Source of the DNA: the human T2T-CHM13v2.0 reference genome, Homo sapiens
Assembly (NCBI RefSeq): GCF_009914755.1
Contig: NC_060936.1
Length of the DNA: 64,000 nt
Reading direction: 5' to 3' (one strand)
Of the stretch, positions 22,379 through 50,984 are shown one piece after another (the stretch's first letter is position 1; each line of letters begins with the position of its first letter). The translations under genes were made by a program, and so were the position numbers. The notes under the pieces were generated by a model. It made no database searches, was not told the DNA's origin, and was given only the letters and a program-made list of their open reading frames with translations.

Positions 22379-22599
22379 GAGTCAATTTAATCTTTAATCT
22401 TTAAAGTTATCATAACCTCTGAGTAATAGCATCTGTCATTGTGCTGAAGTTAATTGTGGTTCCCTTAACAATTGCTTTTTTAAAAAAAGTATTAGAAAAA
22501 GAGACTAGTAAGATAAAGCCCAATCTAACTCATACAGTTTAAATAAGATGAGTTATTTAGACTGATACTGCATAAACTTAAGCGTCATCTGATATTGCA

Positions 22600-22716
22600 G
22601 CCATAAAACATGTAGATGACTTAACTTCTCTGTGACTTGGTTTCCTCATTTGTAAAATGGACATACCTCATTCAATTCTTGTAAAGATTAAAGTAGAAAA
22701 CACGTTTAAAGTGCTT
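22600..22716 (+). mobile_element. MIR, left half (interrupted by the retrocopy)
   Basis: ttaacttctctgtgacttggtttcctcatttgtaaaatgg matches the MIR core. Confidence 0.8.
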
Positions 22717-26285
<3,569 letters not shown>

Positions 26286-26355
26286 AAAGTGCTTAGAATG
26301 GTTCTTGGCACGCTGTAAGCATTTAATGTAGGATATATGTTATAAGTAGCAATAA
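26286..26355 (+). mobile_element. MIR, right half
   Basis: aaagtgcttagaatggttcttggcacgctgtaagcatttaat continues the MIR consensus (aaagcgcttagcacagtgcctggcacatagtaagcgctcaat). Confidence 0.75.
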
Positions 26356-27359
26356 TAGTATACGGGAAATAATGGCTTAATATATAGTTATATGAATGCA
26401 AACAAAGGGCATATTGTTTTATAATTTATCCACCTAAAATTTGAAGGACCCATTTATATTTCCCAATCAACAAAATAAAATTTCTGAAAAATACCCAATG
26501 CATGATTAATATTTAGTGAATATTCAGTAATACGTAATTAATGCCCATTAAGCATAGAAAACAAAAAAATAAACTTAAGATATTATACATAATACATAAA
26601 GTACTGCTTATCATTTTATCTCACTGATTTATTACTTTGTTTAAGTAATGGGTCAAATAATGTTTCCCTGAAAAACAAATATTAAAATATTACAGTGTTA
26701 GGCTAAAAGAGGCATTAATCTTCCTCCCCAACGCCAGGATTTCCATATACTTTTATATTTGGTAAGGCAAATAATTTCCAATAAACTATAGCAGTATAAT
26801 AGGCATAATTATTTTTCCAGACTTGCATAAGTTATTAATCACTCTGAAAAAAAATTTTTAAGAGACAGAGTCTCACTCTGTCATTCAAGCTGGAGTACAG
26901 TGGTGTGATCATAGCTCATTGTAATCTCAAACTCCTATGCTTAGGAGATCTTCCTGCCTTAGCCTCCAGAGTAGCTGGAACTACAGGCACTCATCCCCAC
27001 ATCTGGCTAATGTTTTTATTTTTTGTAGAGATGGGGTCTCACTATATTGCCCAGGCTGATCTTGAACACTTGTCCTCAAGAAATTCTCCTGTCTTGGCCT
27101 CCCAAAATGCTGGAATTACGGGCATAAGTCACTGTTCCTGGCGATTTATTATTAACTCTGCAGGATAACTTCATAAATTTTGGTCTTAAAACATGGTTTT
27201 TTGTCCATTCTACATACATTGTTTTCTCTCATTAATTCCAACTGTATTAATATGCATTCAGCCCCATTTCTTATCCTCTCTTTAGAGTCTAAAATGGATT
27301 CTTTCATGTCCAGAGGGAGAAGAATAAAAGAGTGGCAGCTTGCTGGGTGCAGTGGTTTA

Positions 27360-27785
<426 letters not shown>

Positions 27786-28199
27786 TCATGTCTGACTACA
27801 AACCTTGGAATTGTCTGCTGGAGCGACAGTTATCTGAAGATGTAAATGGATTAGACATACAAAATAATTCATTTGCATGGCTTCATGTAGTAGTGTTGGC
27901 TCTCTGCTGGGAGCTCAGCTAGAACTTTCCACAAGTGCCTACATGTTTCTTGCCTTTTATAGCAAGATAGCTGGGGTCCCAAAGAGAGCATCTTGAGTGC
28001 TGGAATTTCCACAAGCATTTCAAAAAGCTCAGGTAGAAGTCATAAAACTTTTATGATCTAGCCTTGGAAATCACAGAACATCATTTCCGATGCATTCTAT
28101 TGGTCAAGCAAATCACTAAAGTCAGCCCAGATTCGTGGAGCAGTTGGACTCCATCTCTCAACTGGAAGAGTGACAAAGAGTTTGCAGCTATCCTTAACC

Positions 28200-35480
<7,281 letters not shown>

Positions 35481-35581
35481 AGTAGGTGAATAAATTTTTT
35501 TTTTTTGAGACCGAGTTTCATTTTGGTGCCCAGGCTGTAGTCTAAGATCGCGCCACTGCACAAAGAAAAACAAAACAAAAC

Positions 35582-35912
35582 CATAGACTGGGTGGCTTAA
35601 ACAACAAACATTTATTTCTTACAGTTTTGGTGGCTGGAAGTCTGAGATGAGGGTGCCAACATGGTCAGGGCCCTCCCACTTGTTCACAGACAGCTGCCTT
35701 CTTGCTATATCCGCACATGGTGGAGAGAGAGAGAGCAAGCGCAGGTTCCTTCATCTTCCAAGGGTACAAACCTTATCATGGGTGCTTTATCCTCATAACC
35801 TCGTCTGACCCTAATCACCTCCCTAAGGCCCCACCTCCAAATACCATCACATTGGGTGGGGGCTTCAACACATGAATTTTGGGGCGGGGGACACACACAT
35901 TCAGTGCACAGC
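35582..35912 (-). mobile_element. MLT1A-type MaLR LTR fragment
   Basis: gactgggtggcttaaacaacaaacatttatttct ... gggacacacacattcagt. Confidence 0.75.
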
Positions 35913-36191
35913 AAAAAGTATAGGGATTAAAGTATGCTGGTTATTAAGGTATTGTCTTTCACCTTGAGACCTGTTTTGTGATGTTGGTTCTGGGATTTTG
36001 CAAACCACATTTCTTTGCCAGTTGCTTTTCTGCTGGGGTCTGTCTGCAAGAGTCCCTGAGTCATATGGAAATTCTGTGTATATGTCTCTCTCTCTCTCTG
36101 TGCTGTCTGTGTGTGTGTGTGCATGTGTGTGTGTATTTCTGAGTCATCTTGTACTCGTCTGGTAAGTAGTTTTCACACATAGAAAGCCCTA

Positions 36192-37217
<1,026 letters not shown>

Positions 37218-37723
37218 TACATCAGATGACATCTCCTGAAACATGTTCTGTTCTAAGGAGTAATTTACACTCACTAGGATTAATCTGTTCAACCTGTTAA
37301 ACTACTAAGAGAGCAGTAGACAGGTGTGTTAGTCCAGGTTTATATTACTGTGTGACCTCATCCCTCTATTTTGGATCCAGAGATGTTTCCCCTCTGGATA
37401 TGATCAGTTTCTTTGCAGTTGGCTTGAATTTCAAACCCCAGATTCTGCCTGTAAAGTTAATAATACTCTGCTTCTAATTGTATAAGTTTTCTCCATGTGG
37501 GAACTTAGTATACAGACTTTTCCCCATAACTACAACTGAATACAGAACAGTGATCATGCGACTTCTATATATCCTGACCACACTTCTGCCTTTGTAATTT
37601 GAATTATTTGGCACTATGAACAGCATTTAGCATAGTATTTTTCCATTTTTTTCCTTGGGGAATGAGACAAAGATGAGGTTGTGAACCAAGCTGACAAGGC
37701 TACTCTAGCTTACTTAATTAAGT

Positions 37724-37838
37724 ACAGATGGTCCCCAATTTCCAATGGTTCAACTTAACAATTTTTTGATTTTATGATGGTGCAAAAGTGATACTTATTC
37801 AGTAGAAACTATACCTCAAGTAACCATACAACCATTCT
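37724..37838 (-). mobile_element. MER47/Tigger terminal fragment
   Basis: ta-cagatggtcccc TIR; attcagtagaaac...ccatacaaccattct. Confidence 0.7.
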
Positions 37839-37959
37839 ATGGTCTTTCCTAATAGTCTAATATTAATTGAGAACTTTTTTGAGTTTCCAGAAATCAAGGC
37901 GGTATTAATAGGAAACAGCTATGCTTCCGACAACTTCTTGAAAATACTGTCAGGGTCGA

Positions 37960-38395
37960 GGTGGCTTCCTCATGCTGCCTGGGCAATTCTTCTTGAAATG
38001 CCATGGCTTGCCACACTTGTAGCAGTTAACAGGTGTACCCTGGGAATTCTGGACTTAGTGGGCTTGTCTGGTGGCCATTAAAGCCTCTGTCTCTTTCCTG
38101 TATTTCCTGTCTCTCTCCTGGGCCTTCCTATCTCTATCATAAAAAACCGAGGTGGCTACTTTCAGGAGGTTCTCCAAAGTACTATCTGGTCCCAGGGCCT
38201 GTTTCTGCAACTTCCTCCTGATATCAGGGGCTGCCTGAGTAATAAATTTACCCTTTAGGATAAGTTATCCCTCGACAGAGTCAGGAGATAGAGAGGTGTG
38301 CTTTACAAAGGCCTCTCCTAGCCTTTCCAAGAAGGCAGTGGGATTTTCATCAAATCCTTGGTCTATCATGGATAACTTGGTATACTTAAGAGGCT
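37960..38395 (-). pseudogene. Decayed ERV1 gag (capsid C-terminus and nucleocapsid)
   Basis: [14 protein letters not shown] major-homology-like motif in ORF 38265..38546, in-frame stop, then [16 protein letters not shown]; zinc knuckle CYKCGKPWHFKKNC at 38024-37983. Confidence 0.85.
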
Positions 38396-38446
38396 GGCCG
38401 GGCACAGTGGCAGGGTCTTGGGAAAGAGGCAGATCTGACAGTTTAA

Positions 38447-38746
<300 letters not shown>

Positions 38747-38780
38747 AGTGTCACATTTTAACTCACCGTTCTTCAACTGT

Positions 38781-38798
38781 ATCCTGGACAAGCCCCCA
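38781..38798 (-). other. tRNA-Pro primer-binding site
   Basis: TGGGGGCTTGTCCAGGAT vs canonical TGGGGGCTCGTCCGGGAT; both mismatches are CpG-decay type; 2 nt from the LTR end. Confidence 0.85.
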
Positions 38799-38800
38799 GA

Positions 38801-39390
38801 TGAAACTGGAGAATTCCTTGACCCCCCTCACAGGACATGCGACAGGGTATGGCTCATCTGTTCAGTCACTGCCATGGCTAAACCCCTTATAGGAAGGGGA
38901 GCACACAGACAGACAGGTGCAGGAGCCCAAGTGGGTGTGTGTTACAGTGTGCCCTTTTGGCCTTGCCGTCCGTGGACAACTTCAGTGTTAACCAGCTCAG
39001 TGGACCCTCTGCCTTTCTGCAAGGGCACAGGGCCAGTGTGACAGCTCTCTATATGCCAGGCTCTTGTCCAGCGTCCCAGAAGAATCAGGTCACACACGAA
39101 CTTGAGCGATGAATGCAAGGGTTTTATTGAGCAGTGGAGGTGGCTCTCAGTGGGATGGATGGGGAGCCGGAAGTGGGGATGGAGTGGGAAGATGATCTTC
39201 CCCTGGAGTTTGGCCATCCAGCTGCTGAACTCCTGTGTGACCACCCCAGCAGAACTCCTCTTGGCATTCAGAGATTCCTCTTCTCTTTCTCTGCCATGTC
39301 GTTCTGCTGTTCATCTGGTTGTCTTGTCGTCTCCTCATGTAATTCTGGGGTTTGGGGTTTATATGGGTAGAGGATGGGGGGCATGGTGGG
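38801..39390 (-). mobile_element. ERV1 5' LTR, partial (HUERS-P group; subfamily uncertain)
   Basis: Ends ...ccagtttCA directly before a PBS; minus-strand AATAAA at 39128-39123; U3 end is lost into a purine-rich repeat. Confidence 0.75.
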
Positions 39391-40154
39391 GAAGGGAGGA
39401 AGGAAGGAGGAAGGAAGGAGGAAAGAAGGAGGGAATGAAGGAGGGAGGGAGGGAGGAAAACAAACCAGGAGGAAGAATGCTTAAACTGACTGTGCAGCTA
39501 TTGCAAAAGTTCTCAGGTGGGTGCCTGCCTGTCTGGTGAATGTGAGAGACAGTAAGGAGGCCACAGTGGCTATAGTAGACAAACCTAGGAGGTGAATTGT
39601 AGGTGATGAGATGAGAGAGACAGAGCCCTTCTTTTGGAACTTTATATATCTAAGTCATTGTTAAAACTTCAGCTTTAACTCTGGGGAAGATGAAAAGCCA
39701 GGGGAGACTTTTGAGTGGAGGGTTATATCTGTCTTACTTTTTTTGAGATGGTGTTTCGCTCTTGTCTTCCAGGCAAGAGTGAAATGGTGTGATCTCGGCT
39801 CACTGTAACCTCCGCCTCCCAGGTTCAAGTGATTCTTCTGCCTCAGCCTCCCCAGTAGCTGGGATTACAGGCACCTGCCACCATGCCTGGTTCATTTTTG
39901 TATTTTTTTAGTAGAGATGGGGTTTCACCACATTGGCCAGGCTGGTCTTGAACTCCTGACCTTAGGTAATCCACCCACCTCGGCCTCCCAAAGTGCTGGG
40001 ATTACAGGCATGAGCCACCGCACCCGGCCTGTGTTACTTTTAAAAGGATCACTCTGGCAGCTCTATGCAGAGTACTTAGGAGGCAACTGCAGGTGGGGTA
40101 CAGTGGCTCATGCCTATAATCCCAGGAGTTTGGGAGGTTGAGGCAGGCAGATTA

Positions 40155-40409
<255 letters not shown>

Positions 40410-40651
40410 CTAGTGAGATGGTGTCATGGGCCAAGGTGATTGCAGTAGATTAACTCCATATAGCTGAACATATTTTAAAGACAGAGCCAACAGCTTGTGA
40501 CTTAGTTGTGGGGGTATAAGAAAAAGAAAGGAGATGGCCTGGCATGGTGGCTCATGCCTGTAATCCCAGCACTTTGGGAGCCCAAGGCAGGCGGATCACA
40601 AGGTCAGGAGTTCAAGATCAGCGTGGCCAACATAGTGAAACCCCATCTCTA

Positions 40652-40780
<129 letters not shown>

Positions 40781-40979
40781 CTACTGCACTCCAGCTTGAA
40801 CAACACAGCGAGACTCTGTCTCAAAAAAAAAACAGGAAACGAGGATAACTCCAAATTCTTTGGCCTCGGCTAATGGAGTTAACATTAACAGAAATGGAAG
40901 CCAGGCATGGTGGTTCAAAATTGTAATCTCAGCACTTTGGGAGGCTGAGGTGGGAGGATTGCTTGAGCCCAGGAGTTCA

Positions 40980-41243
<264 letters not shown>

Positions 41244-41478
41244 TCAGTTGTGGACAGATAAGTCTGAGACCTCATTAAACTTCTAAGTGGAAATTATTTT
41301 TAATTTTTTTAAAGAAAGCACTAGGGCATGATAGATTTAGTCTTTTAACTTTAAAATTTGTTGGTTATTCCAAAAATGTTTCCACCTACAGAAAAATCAT
41401 TAAGATATAATAAAACAAATTGTTATTCTTATGCACGTAAAATGAAATTTAAAACCACCATCTCCTAGTTGATAAGGC

Positions 41479-41483
<5 letters not shown>

Positions 41484-41533
<50 letters not shown>
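41484..41533. repeat. (TA)n + poly-T (Alu tail)
   Basis: Read directly from sequence. Confidence 0.95.
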
Positions 41534-42223
41534 GAGATGGAGTCTCGCTCTGTCACCCAGGTTGGAGTGCAGTGGCACGATCTCTGCTCACTGCAACCTC
41601 CACCTCCTGGATTCAAGGGATTTTCCTGCCTCAGCCTCCTGAGTGCTGGGACTACAGGCGCGTGCCACCATGCCTGGCTAATTTTTGTATTTTTAGTAGA
41701 GACAGGGTTTCGCCATGTTGGGCAGGCTGATCTCAAACTCCTGACCTGAGGTGATCCATCCCCATTGGCCTCTCAGAGTGCTGGGATTACAGGCGTGAGC
41801 CACTGCGCCTGGCCAGTCATATAATTTGAGTACTTTTTTAGAGAAGCATCATAGCATAGAGATAGTATATCGACTCTAGAGCAAGTTTGCTTGGCTTTAT
41901 TTCTTTTATTTTTAAAAATTTTCTTTGTATAAATTTATGGGGTACAAGTGTTACATGTATATATTGAGTAGTGGTGAAGTCAGGGCTTTTCTTCTTCTTT
42001 TCTTTTTTTGAGACGGAGTTTCACTCTTTTTGCCCAGGCTGGAGTGCAATGGCCCGATCTCGGCTCCGCAACCTCCGCCTCCTGGGTTCAAGTGATTCTC
42101 CTGCCTCAGCCTCCCGAGTAGCTGGGATTACAGGCATGCGCCACCACACCCAGTGAGTTTCTACTTTTAATAGAGACGGGGTTTCTCCACGTTGGTCAGG
42201 CTAGTCACGAACTCCCGACCTCA

Positions 42224-42313
<90 letters not shown>

Positions 42314-42409
42314 TTATTTATTTATTTTTGGTAAGTCATGCATAGGGCTTTTTTGTGTATCCATCTCCAAAATAACATACATTGTACCCTGCATTTAAAA
42401 CGTTATCGT

Positions 42410-42570
42410 GCTACTTACTGGCTGTGTGACTTTGGGTGAATTACTTTGCCTCTCTGTGCCTTAGTTCTGTCATCTGTATAATGATGAAAACAATACCTAA
42501 AAGGGATTCAATTATTTCATATTTATAATGTGTTTAGAACAGTGCCTGAAACATAGTGCTAAATATGTGA
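42410..42570 (+). mobile_element. MIR
   Basis: gctgtgtgactttgggtgaattactttgcctctctgtgccttagttctgtcatctgta. Confidence 0.75.
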
Positions 42571-42975
42571 TATAATTTGTCTTTCAGATAATTTGTTAAA
42601 AGCCATTTTTAGTATTTAACTTATCTTAAATATACTTATGAGGCTCTAACCAAACTATACCATCTCTATGAAAAAACAAGATTATGTGTTTCACATGAAG
42701 CCATGCATCTTGCAAAGATGTGCTGATGAAAAGTGCAACATGCACTTCAGGAATCTGCTTTCTATAAAAGCTTTTATGTTTCTGGTCTGCTTATTTCTAG
42801 GTGCCATATCTTAACTAAAAATGTTAACTGGTTGTCTTTATCTATAGCAGTATATAAGGATTCTTAAAATTTGGATCTTATAGATGGAGTGTTTTAAAAC
42901 AATTGATAGTGGCTTACTCCCATTCTCTGGACTGAGGGCTCAGTCTGACTGCCACTGTTCGCATTGTTAGTTTAA

Positions 42976-43454
<479 letters not shown>

Positions 43455-44069
43455 TAAGCTTAAGATTCTTTTTACAGGATAATTTCCACATTGATTCCAA
43501 ACTGAAAATAGATCCCGCGTTGCATAGGAACACTTTCACTCTATGTAGTCGGGGTGGGACTGACTCTCTTCCTTATTTCCAGGAATGGGGACTGTGACAG
43601 AGACCTAGCCAATCAGGGCTTTCTTGGAACTTTTGCTGGGACCACTGGGAAAGGGGTTTTCTTTGTTGGGATTCCTACCTTTAGAGATACTGGTGGTCAT
43701 CTCTACCACCATATGAAGAAAGCTTGTTGAGAAATAAAGGAAGTACAGAGGAAAGCGGTGGTAAGACAAAGAAAAATAGATTTCTAATTATATTTTTATC
43801 TCTTTTATCCATTTCTGAAGCTGAATGACTTAGTTATATGATCCAATAGTTTTCTCCCCACTTTAAAAATTACATTTCCAGCCCTCCATCAATGATTGAA
43901 CCTAAGTTACTGATCTATGGCATATTCTATGTAAAGCTTTCAAGTACTTTTCTAGGTATGGTAATCAAGGTTTTAATATTTAAGCATTTAAAACATAGTT
44001 TTTAATTTTTTAAATTAAAAACAGTTATTTTTTATTTTTATAAAGTCAGGGTCTCACTTTGCTGCCTAG

Positions 44070-44261
<192 letters not shown>

Positions 44262-44566
44262 TAGCCTCTCCAGGAGCTGGGACTACAGGTGCATGCCACC
44301 ACACCTGGCATATATAAACACACATCTTTAGCATATAAAACAAAGGAATAAATTAACATGCAAAATTTATAAATGTCATATGTGGGCATAATTGAATTTC
44401 ATGATAATCTGAAAACTGTAATTGACAATTTCAGAATAAGGCATCTAGTCAAAAAAGCAATGAGTAAATAAATGACTGCAGAAGGAAAAAAAAAAAACCC
44501 AAAAAACCATTAGTCATATCCAGCAAGAAGGGCATTCTCTGCTAGACAAGTACTTATTAGAAACTA

Positions 44567-45005
<439 letters not shown>

Positions 45006-45066
45006 CTACTAAAAATACAAATATTAGCCGGGTGTGGTGGTGCGTGCCTGTAGTCACAGCTACTTA

Positions 45067-45414
<348 letters not shown>

Positions 45415-45650
45415 TCAACTTGGAGGTCTTTATTACTGAACATTTTCTTTAGGGCTAATATCTCAAGCTGTATGTATTTTCTCCTGGGGAAGGACCCCTC
45501 CAATCCCTTGCCTGAGGTGGGAAAGCTATCTTAATCTTATCCTGGACATAGATCGCAGGGAAGGGGCTTGCAGGTGTGATGGTTCAGCATGACTTGGTGG
45601 GCTGTGGGGAGGGCTTGTTGGCCTAATTATACTTCACAAAAAATTTTTAG

Positions 45651-46061
<411 letters not shown>

Positions 46062-46630
46062 TAGTGCCATTAGGTACATTCACAGTATTGAGCAACCGTC
46101 ACCACTAGCCATTTCCAGAACTTCTCATCAACTGAAACAGAAACTATGCATTAAATAAATAGCCCCCCTTTCTACCTCCCTTCAGACCCTGGTAACCTCT
46201 ATTTTCTGTCTCTATGAATTTCACGTTGCCTATTCCAGGTGCCTCATGTAAGTGGTATCATACAATATTTGTCCTTCTGTGTTGCTTTAACCTTCTTAGT
46301 TTTCATATAACTCAGGTTAAGTAAATCGTCTACGATCAGCAGCTTTAAGTGGCAATATGGCCATAGAAACCTAAGTGTATCTGTCAAAAAAAAGAGCATA
46401 CTCTTAACCATTCTGCACTGCTACTTTAGCAGTGAGCATTTCCCCCTTCCATATGCAGATATGTATCCATATATAGCAAGTGTTTTACACTTGACATTGT
46501 ATCTGGAATGTTTTCTCATACAATTAAAAATTCTTTGAAACATTTTAATGCTTCCTAATAATCTATTATTGTGAATGCATCATGCTTTAATTTGCTGTTG
46601 ACAATTCTTTTTCTTTTTTTCTTTTTTTGA

Positions 46631-46735
<105 letters not shown>

Positions 46736-46738
46736 TGA

Positions 46739-46933
<195 letters not shown>

Positions 46934-47635
46934 TAATATGTTTGTACATAAATACCTGCATTTCTGATTAGAACCCTAGGATAAAATAGAATGTAATTTC
47001 TAGTTAAAAAAATAGAACATACTTAACATTTGATATTTATTGTTAAATTACCCTTCAGAATTGATCCAGGGCATGTATGCGATACCACAAGTGCTTTTAA
47101 TGCCATCCTCACCAACACTGAAGTGTTTTTTTCCTAATTAGGTTAAAATTGATGTATCACTGGTTGTAATAGATTTCCTTAATAAGTAATGATAAACTTT
47201 TTTACTTTTTTTTTTTAAAGACAGGATCATGCTGTTTCCCAGGCTGTCCCGCCTCAGCCTCCCAAGTAGCTAGGACAACAGGTGTGAGTGGCTAATGTTA
47301 TTTTTTGTAAAGACAGTCTCCTTATGTTCCCCAGGCTGGGCTCAAACTCCTGGCCTCGAACACTCCTCCTGTCTTGACCTCCCAACGTGTTGGGATTACA
47401 GGTATGAGCCACTACACCTGGCCTATTTTATCTTCTAAATATTCTATTTGTCACTAATTTATTTCCTATTAGAGTCTGTTTTCAGGTATTCATAGAAACT
47501 TTTATATATTTGTGGCAAATCTTTTCCCAATTATTTGCTTTAAAATGGTAGGCCGGGCACAGTGGCTCATGCCTGTAATCCCAGCACTTTGGGAGGCCGA
47601 GGCGGGTGGATCACAAGGTCAGGAGTTTGAGACTA

Positions 47636-47992
<357 letters not shown>

Positions 47993-47999
47993 TCAAAGT

Positions 48000-49000
48000 G
48001 GAAACACAAGATTTTATAATGAAATTTCAAATATCTTTTTAATATATTTTTTCTTGGGATGACAATAATAATATTACTATGATAGTATTAACTTATTTCT
48101 ATTGCTTTTACTAGTTAAAAAAGTAATGGGCATTCTTACAAAGTTAAACAATATAGAAATATACAAAGCAGAAAATTAAAGGCTCTCTAATCCCATTACC
48201 ATATACCCACCTGCAGACAGAATGGGAAGATTTAGTCATAAATACAAAGACAATACATGGAAAAAAAATAGACAATTATTAACTCTAGGAAAAAACGTAA
48301 TCATAGCATATTCCTTGGCTCAGAAATGAAAAGTATTTACTTGGTTATTAAAAAAGATATATATGGATTCCCCCAAATTTTTAATACAGCCACATTGGGA
48401 ATATTGAGGAAGGTAGGAGAAGTATAAGAGATTGAATAATTCTCCTTTATTCTTTTATTAAGTGACTGAAATATATGTACTTTATTTAGCTACATGTGTG
48501 CACATGTAAGTAGTTTCTTCTAGGGAATGGAATTTGGTGCTATGGGTAGGGCAGACAAATAACACCTGTGTTTGATTTTAAGCCTTTTAGAGCTATGTTA
48601 CTTTATATTTTATAGGTATTTATAATTTATTTTATAGGTATTTACAATTTATCCAGATTGGGATAAAGCTACAAGAAATATGATGACAAAACACCCATAT
48701 TTAAAGACAAAATTCTCTTGAAAAGTTTATTAATATAAGTAACAATAAATCATTCAACTTTTCGGTCTTCAGGAAGTTTGTTTTAAGGATTAATTTCAGA
48801 AGTCCTCATGTAAACAAATCAGGCATGAATAAAGCCCTTATAATGAACTTTTCAAATAAATTTTTAAAATATCTTTTTTCTTGGGATGACAATAATAGTA
48901 TTAACATGATAGTATTAATTTTTCTTATTTTTATTAAAATTAGCTCTTCAAGATTGTTACTAACAAATCTTGATTTTTATTACTGTGCTGGGGCAAGATT
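48000..49000 (-). other. ZCRB1: ZCRB1 3' UTR (distal end approximate)
   Basis: AT-rich, repeat-free sequence after the stop; minus-strand AATAAA at 48935-48930 and 48731-48726; next Alu ends near 47875. Confidence 0.7.
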
Positions 49001-49132
49001 TTAATCACTAAGTTCTTCCTCATCACTGAAATATGTGCTTTTCTTTATCCTTGGGCGTCTTGAATCATCTGATGTTGAGGGGACTCCTGAACTGGGTTTC
49101 CATTTTTTTTGTTCTTCTTCAATTTTGGCTTG
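49001..49132 (-). CDS. ZCRB1: ZCRB1 exon 8, coding part ([43 protein letters not shown])
   Basis: cacag acceptor, TAA at 49003-49001. Exon lengths 84+29+112+108+113+76+132 = 654 nt = 217 aa + stop. Confidence 0.96.
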   Translation of the reverse strand, partial: QAKIEEEQKKWKPSSGVPSTSDDSRRPRIKKSTYFSDEEELSD

Positions 49133-49623
49133 CTGTGATTCAAAAAACAAAACAAAACCAATAACCTGTTTAATATTATTTATGGTTCATTAATTCAAAA
49201 CATGGCAAAAACATACCACAAATGCCATTACTTCCCACCCTCCCAGTCCATGCAGACAATAAGATCTGCTCCCTTCCCCTGAGTTCTGTCTCATCTCAAA
49301 ATCTTACACAAAATTATCCTAGGCAATTTCTTAAAAAAATCTTTTCTGTTGGGCTATATTCACTTTGAGCAAATAGTTCTGCTCATTTCTTTAATGAAAA
49401 AAGATTAAGATAGTAAGTGTTGTGGGGCCCTTAAAATCTAGGAAGAACCAATGGGAACTTTTCATTCACACTGGCTAAGTACCTCAGAGAAACAGCTTGT
49501 CTCCTAAGGCTTAGGAGGTTAGGGGGAAAAAGAGAGGTTGCCATGAGGTGATCAATGAAGTAAGCAAGGACTATAAACCAAGTCAACTATTGTATGATGC
49601 CTTTTAAAAGAACAATTTAATAC

Positions 49624-49699
49624 CTGGAATGCTATGGCCTGACTGAGGCTGTCAAGAGCAGGATCCTCCCCTTCATCTTCACTTTCTTCTACTTCCTCA
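49624..49699 (-). CDS. ZCRB1: ZCRB1 exon 7 (76 nt, EEVEESEDEGEDPALDSLSQAIAFQ)
   Basis: Peptide visible in ORF 49552..49755; acceptor tttaag, donor CAG|gtatta. Confidence 0.96.
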
Positions 49700-49807
49700 C
49701 TTAAATAAAGAAAAACAAATTGGAATGTAACCAACCAATAATCAAAAGCAACCAACCAAAAGACAAAAGCAACATGATGATGTATTTAGTAAGAATAATA
49801 TACATAC

Positions 49808-49920
49808 ATTTCTTCTTCTGGTTCAGGAGCTTTCTTTTTTTTCTTTTTTTCTTTCTTCTTTGGAGGCTCACGTTCTCCGAGCATATTTTTCGGACAGGCA
49901 TAACTTAAGTGTCCACTTTC
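49808..49920 (-). CDS. ZCRB1: ZCRB1 exon 6 (113 nt, [38 protein letters not shown])
   Basis: Completes [14 protein letters not shown] knuckle; Lys-rich tract; acceptor aaaag, donor AT|gtatgt. Confidence 0.96.
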
Positions 49921-50329
49921 CTTTTGTTTCCCATTAAAAAGGAAAGGAAAAATACCATATTTGATGTTATTTATAAAAACTTGCCTGGTACCTTATTACT
50001 AAAAAGTTTTCAAATTTAAAAAGGAATATTCCCATACTGGGACTATACAGAAGACATTAATGATAAAACCCAGTACTTTAATATTTAGAAGGTGATATTA
50101 TAACTCTCAGTTATTTTAACATTTAGGACTATTTAGTAGTTTTACTAAGAGTAGTGGTAGTAGTCTTCTTTCAAACATTTAAATCTCAAAATTCAAGATA
50201 TAAAACAGTTTGGTCGGGCGCGGTGGCTCACGCCTGTAATCCTAGCACTTTGGGAAGCCGAGGTGGGTGGATCACCTGAGGTCTGGAGTTTGAGACCAGA
50301 CTAACCAAAATGGTGAAATCCCGTCTCTA

Positions 50330-50368
<39 letters not shown>

Positions 50369-50369
50369 A

Positions 50370-50549
<180 letters not shown>

Positions 50550-50984
50550 TTACCCTAAATGTAAACATCTTAAGTTATTGATAAAACGAGGATAAAACTA
50601 TTCCTGTTAATTTCCAAGATGTTGCTTAATACTCTGTTGGGCTGGGCAGGCTGAGGCAGGTGGGTCACCTTAGGAAGTGAGTTCAAGACCCGCCTGGCCA
50701 ACATGGGGAAACCCTGTCTCTACTAAATATACAAAAATTAGCTGGGCTTGGTGGCATATGCCTGTAATCCCAGCTACTCAGGAGACTGAGGCACAAGAAT
50801 TGATCGAACGCGGGAGGCAGAGACTGCAGTGAGCTGAGATTGTGCCACCGCACTCCAGCCTAGGCAACAGAGCAAGACCCTGTCTCAAAAAACAAACAAA
50901 AAACCAAAAAACAAATGGAAAATTTCTTCCTCACTTTTCCTATGAATTACTTCCGTTTTTTCCCTTTTATATCCTGACTACACT

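Noticed and set aside
37983-38024. CCHC knuckle near the CCHC gene ZCRB1, suggesting a relationship
   Set aside because: Retroviral nucleocapsid within a gag remnant ~10 kb beyond the ZCRB1 3' end; coincidental.
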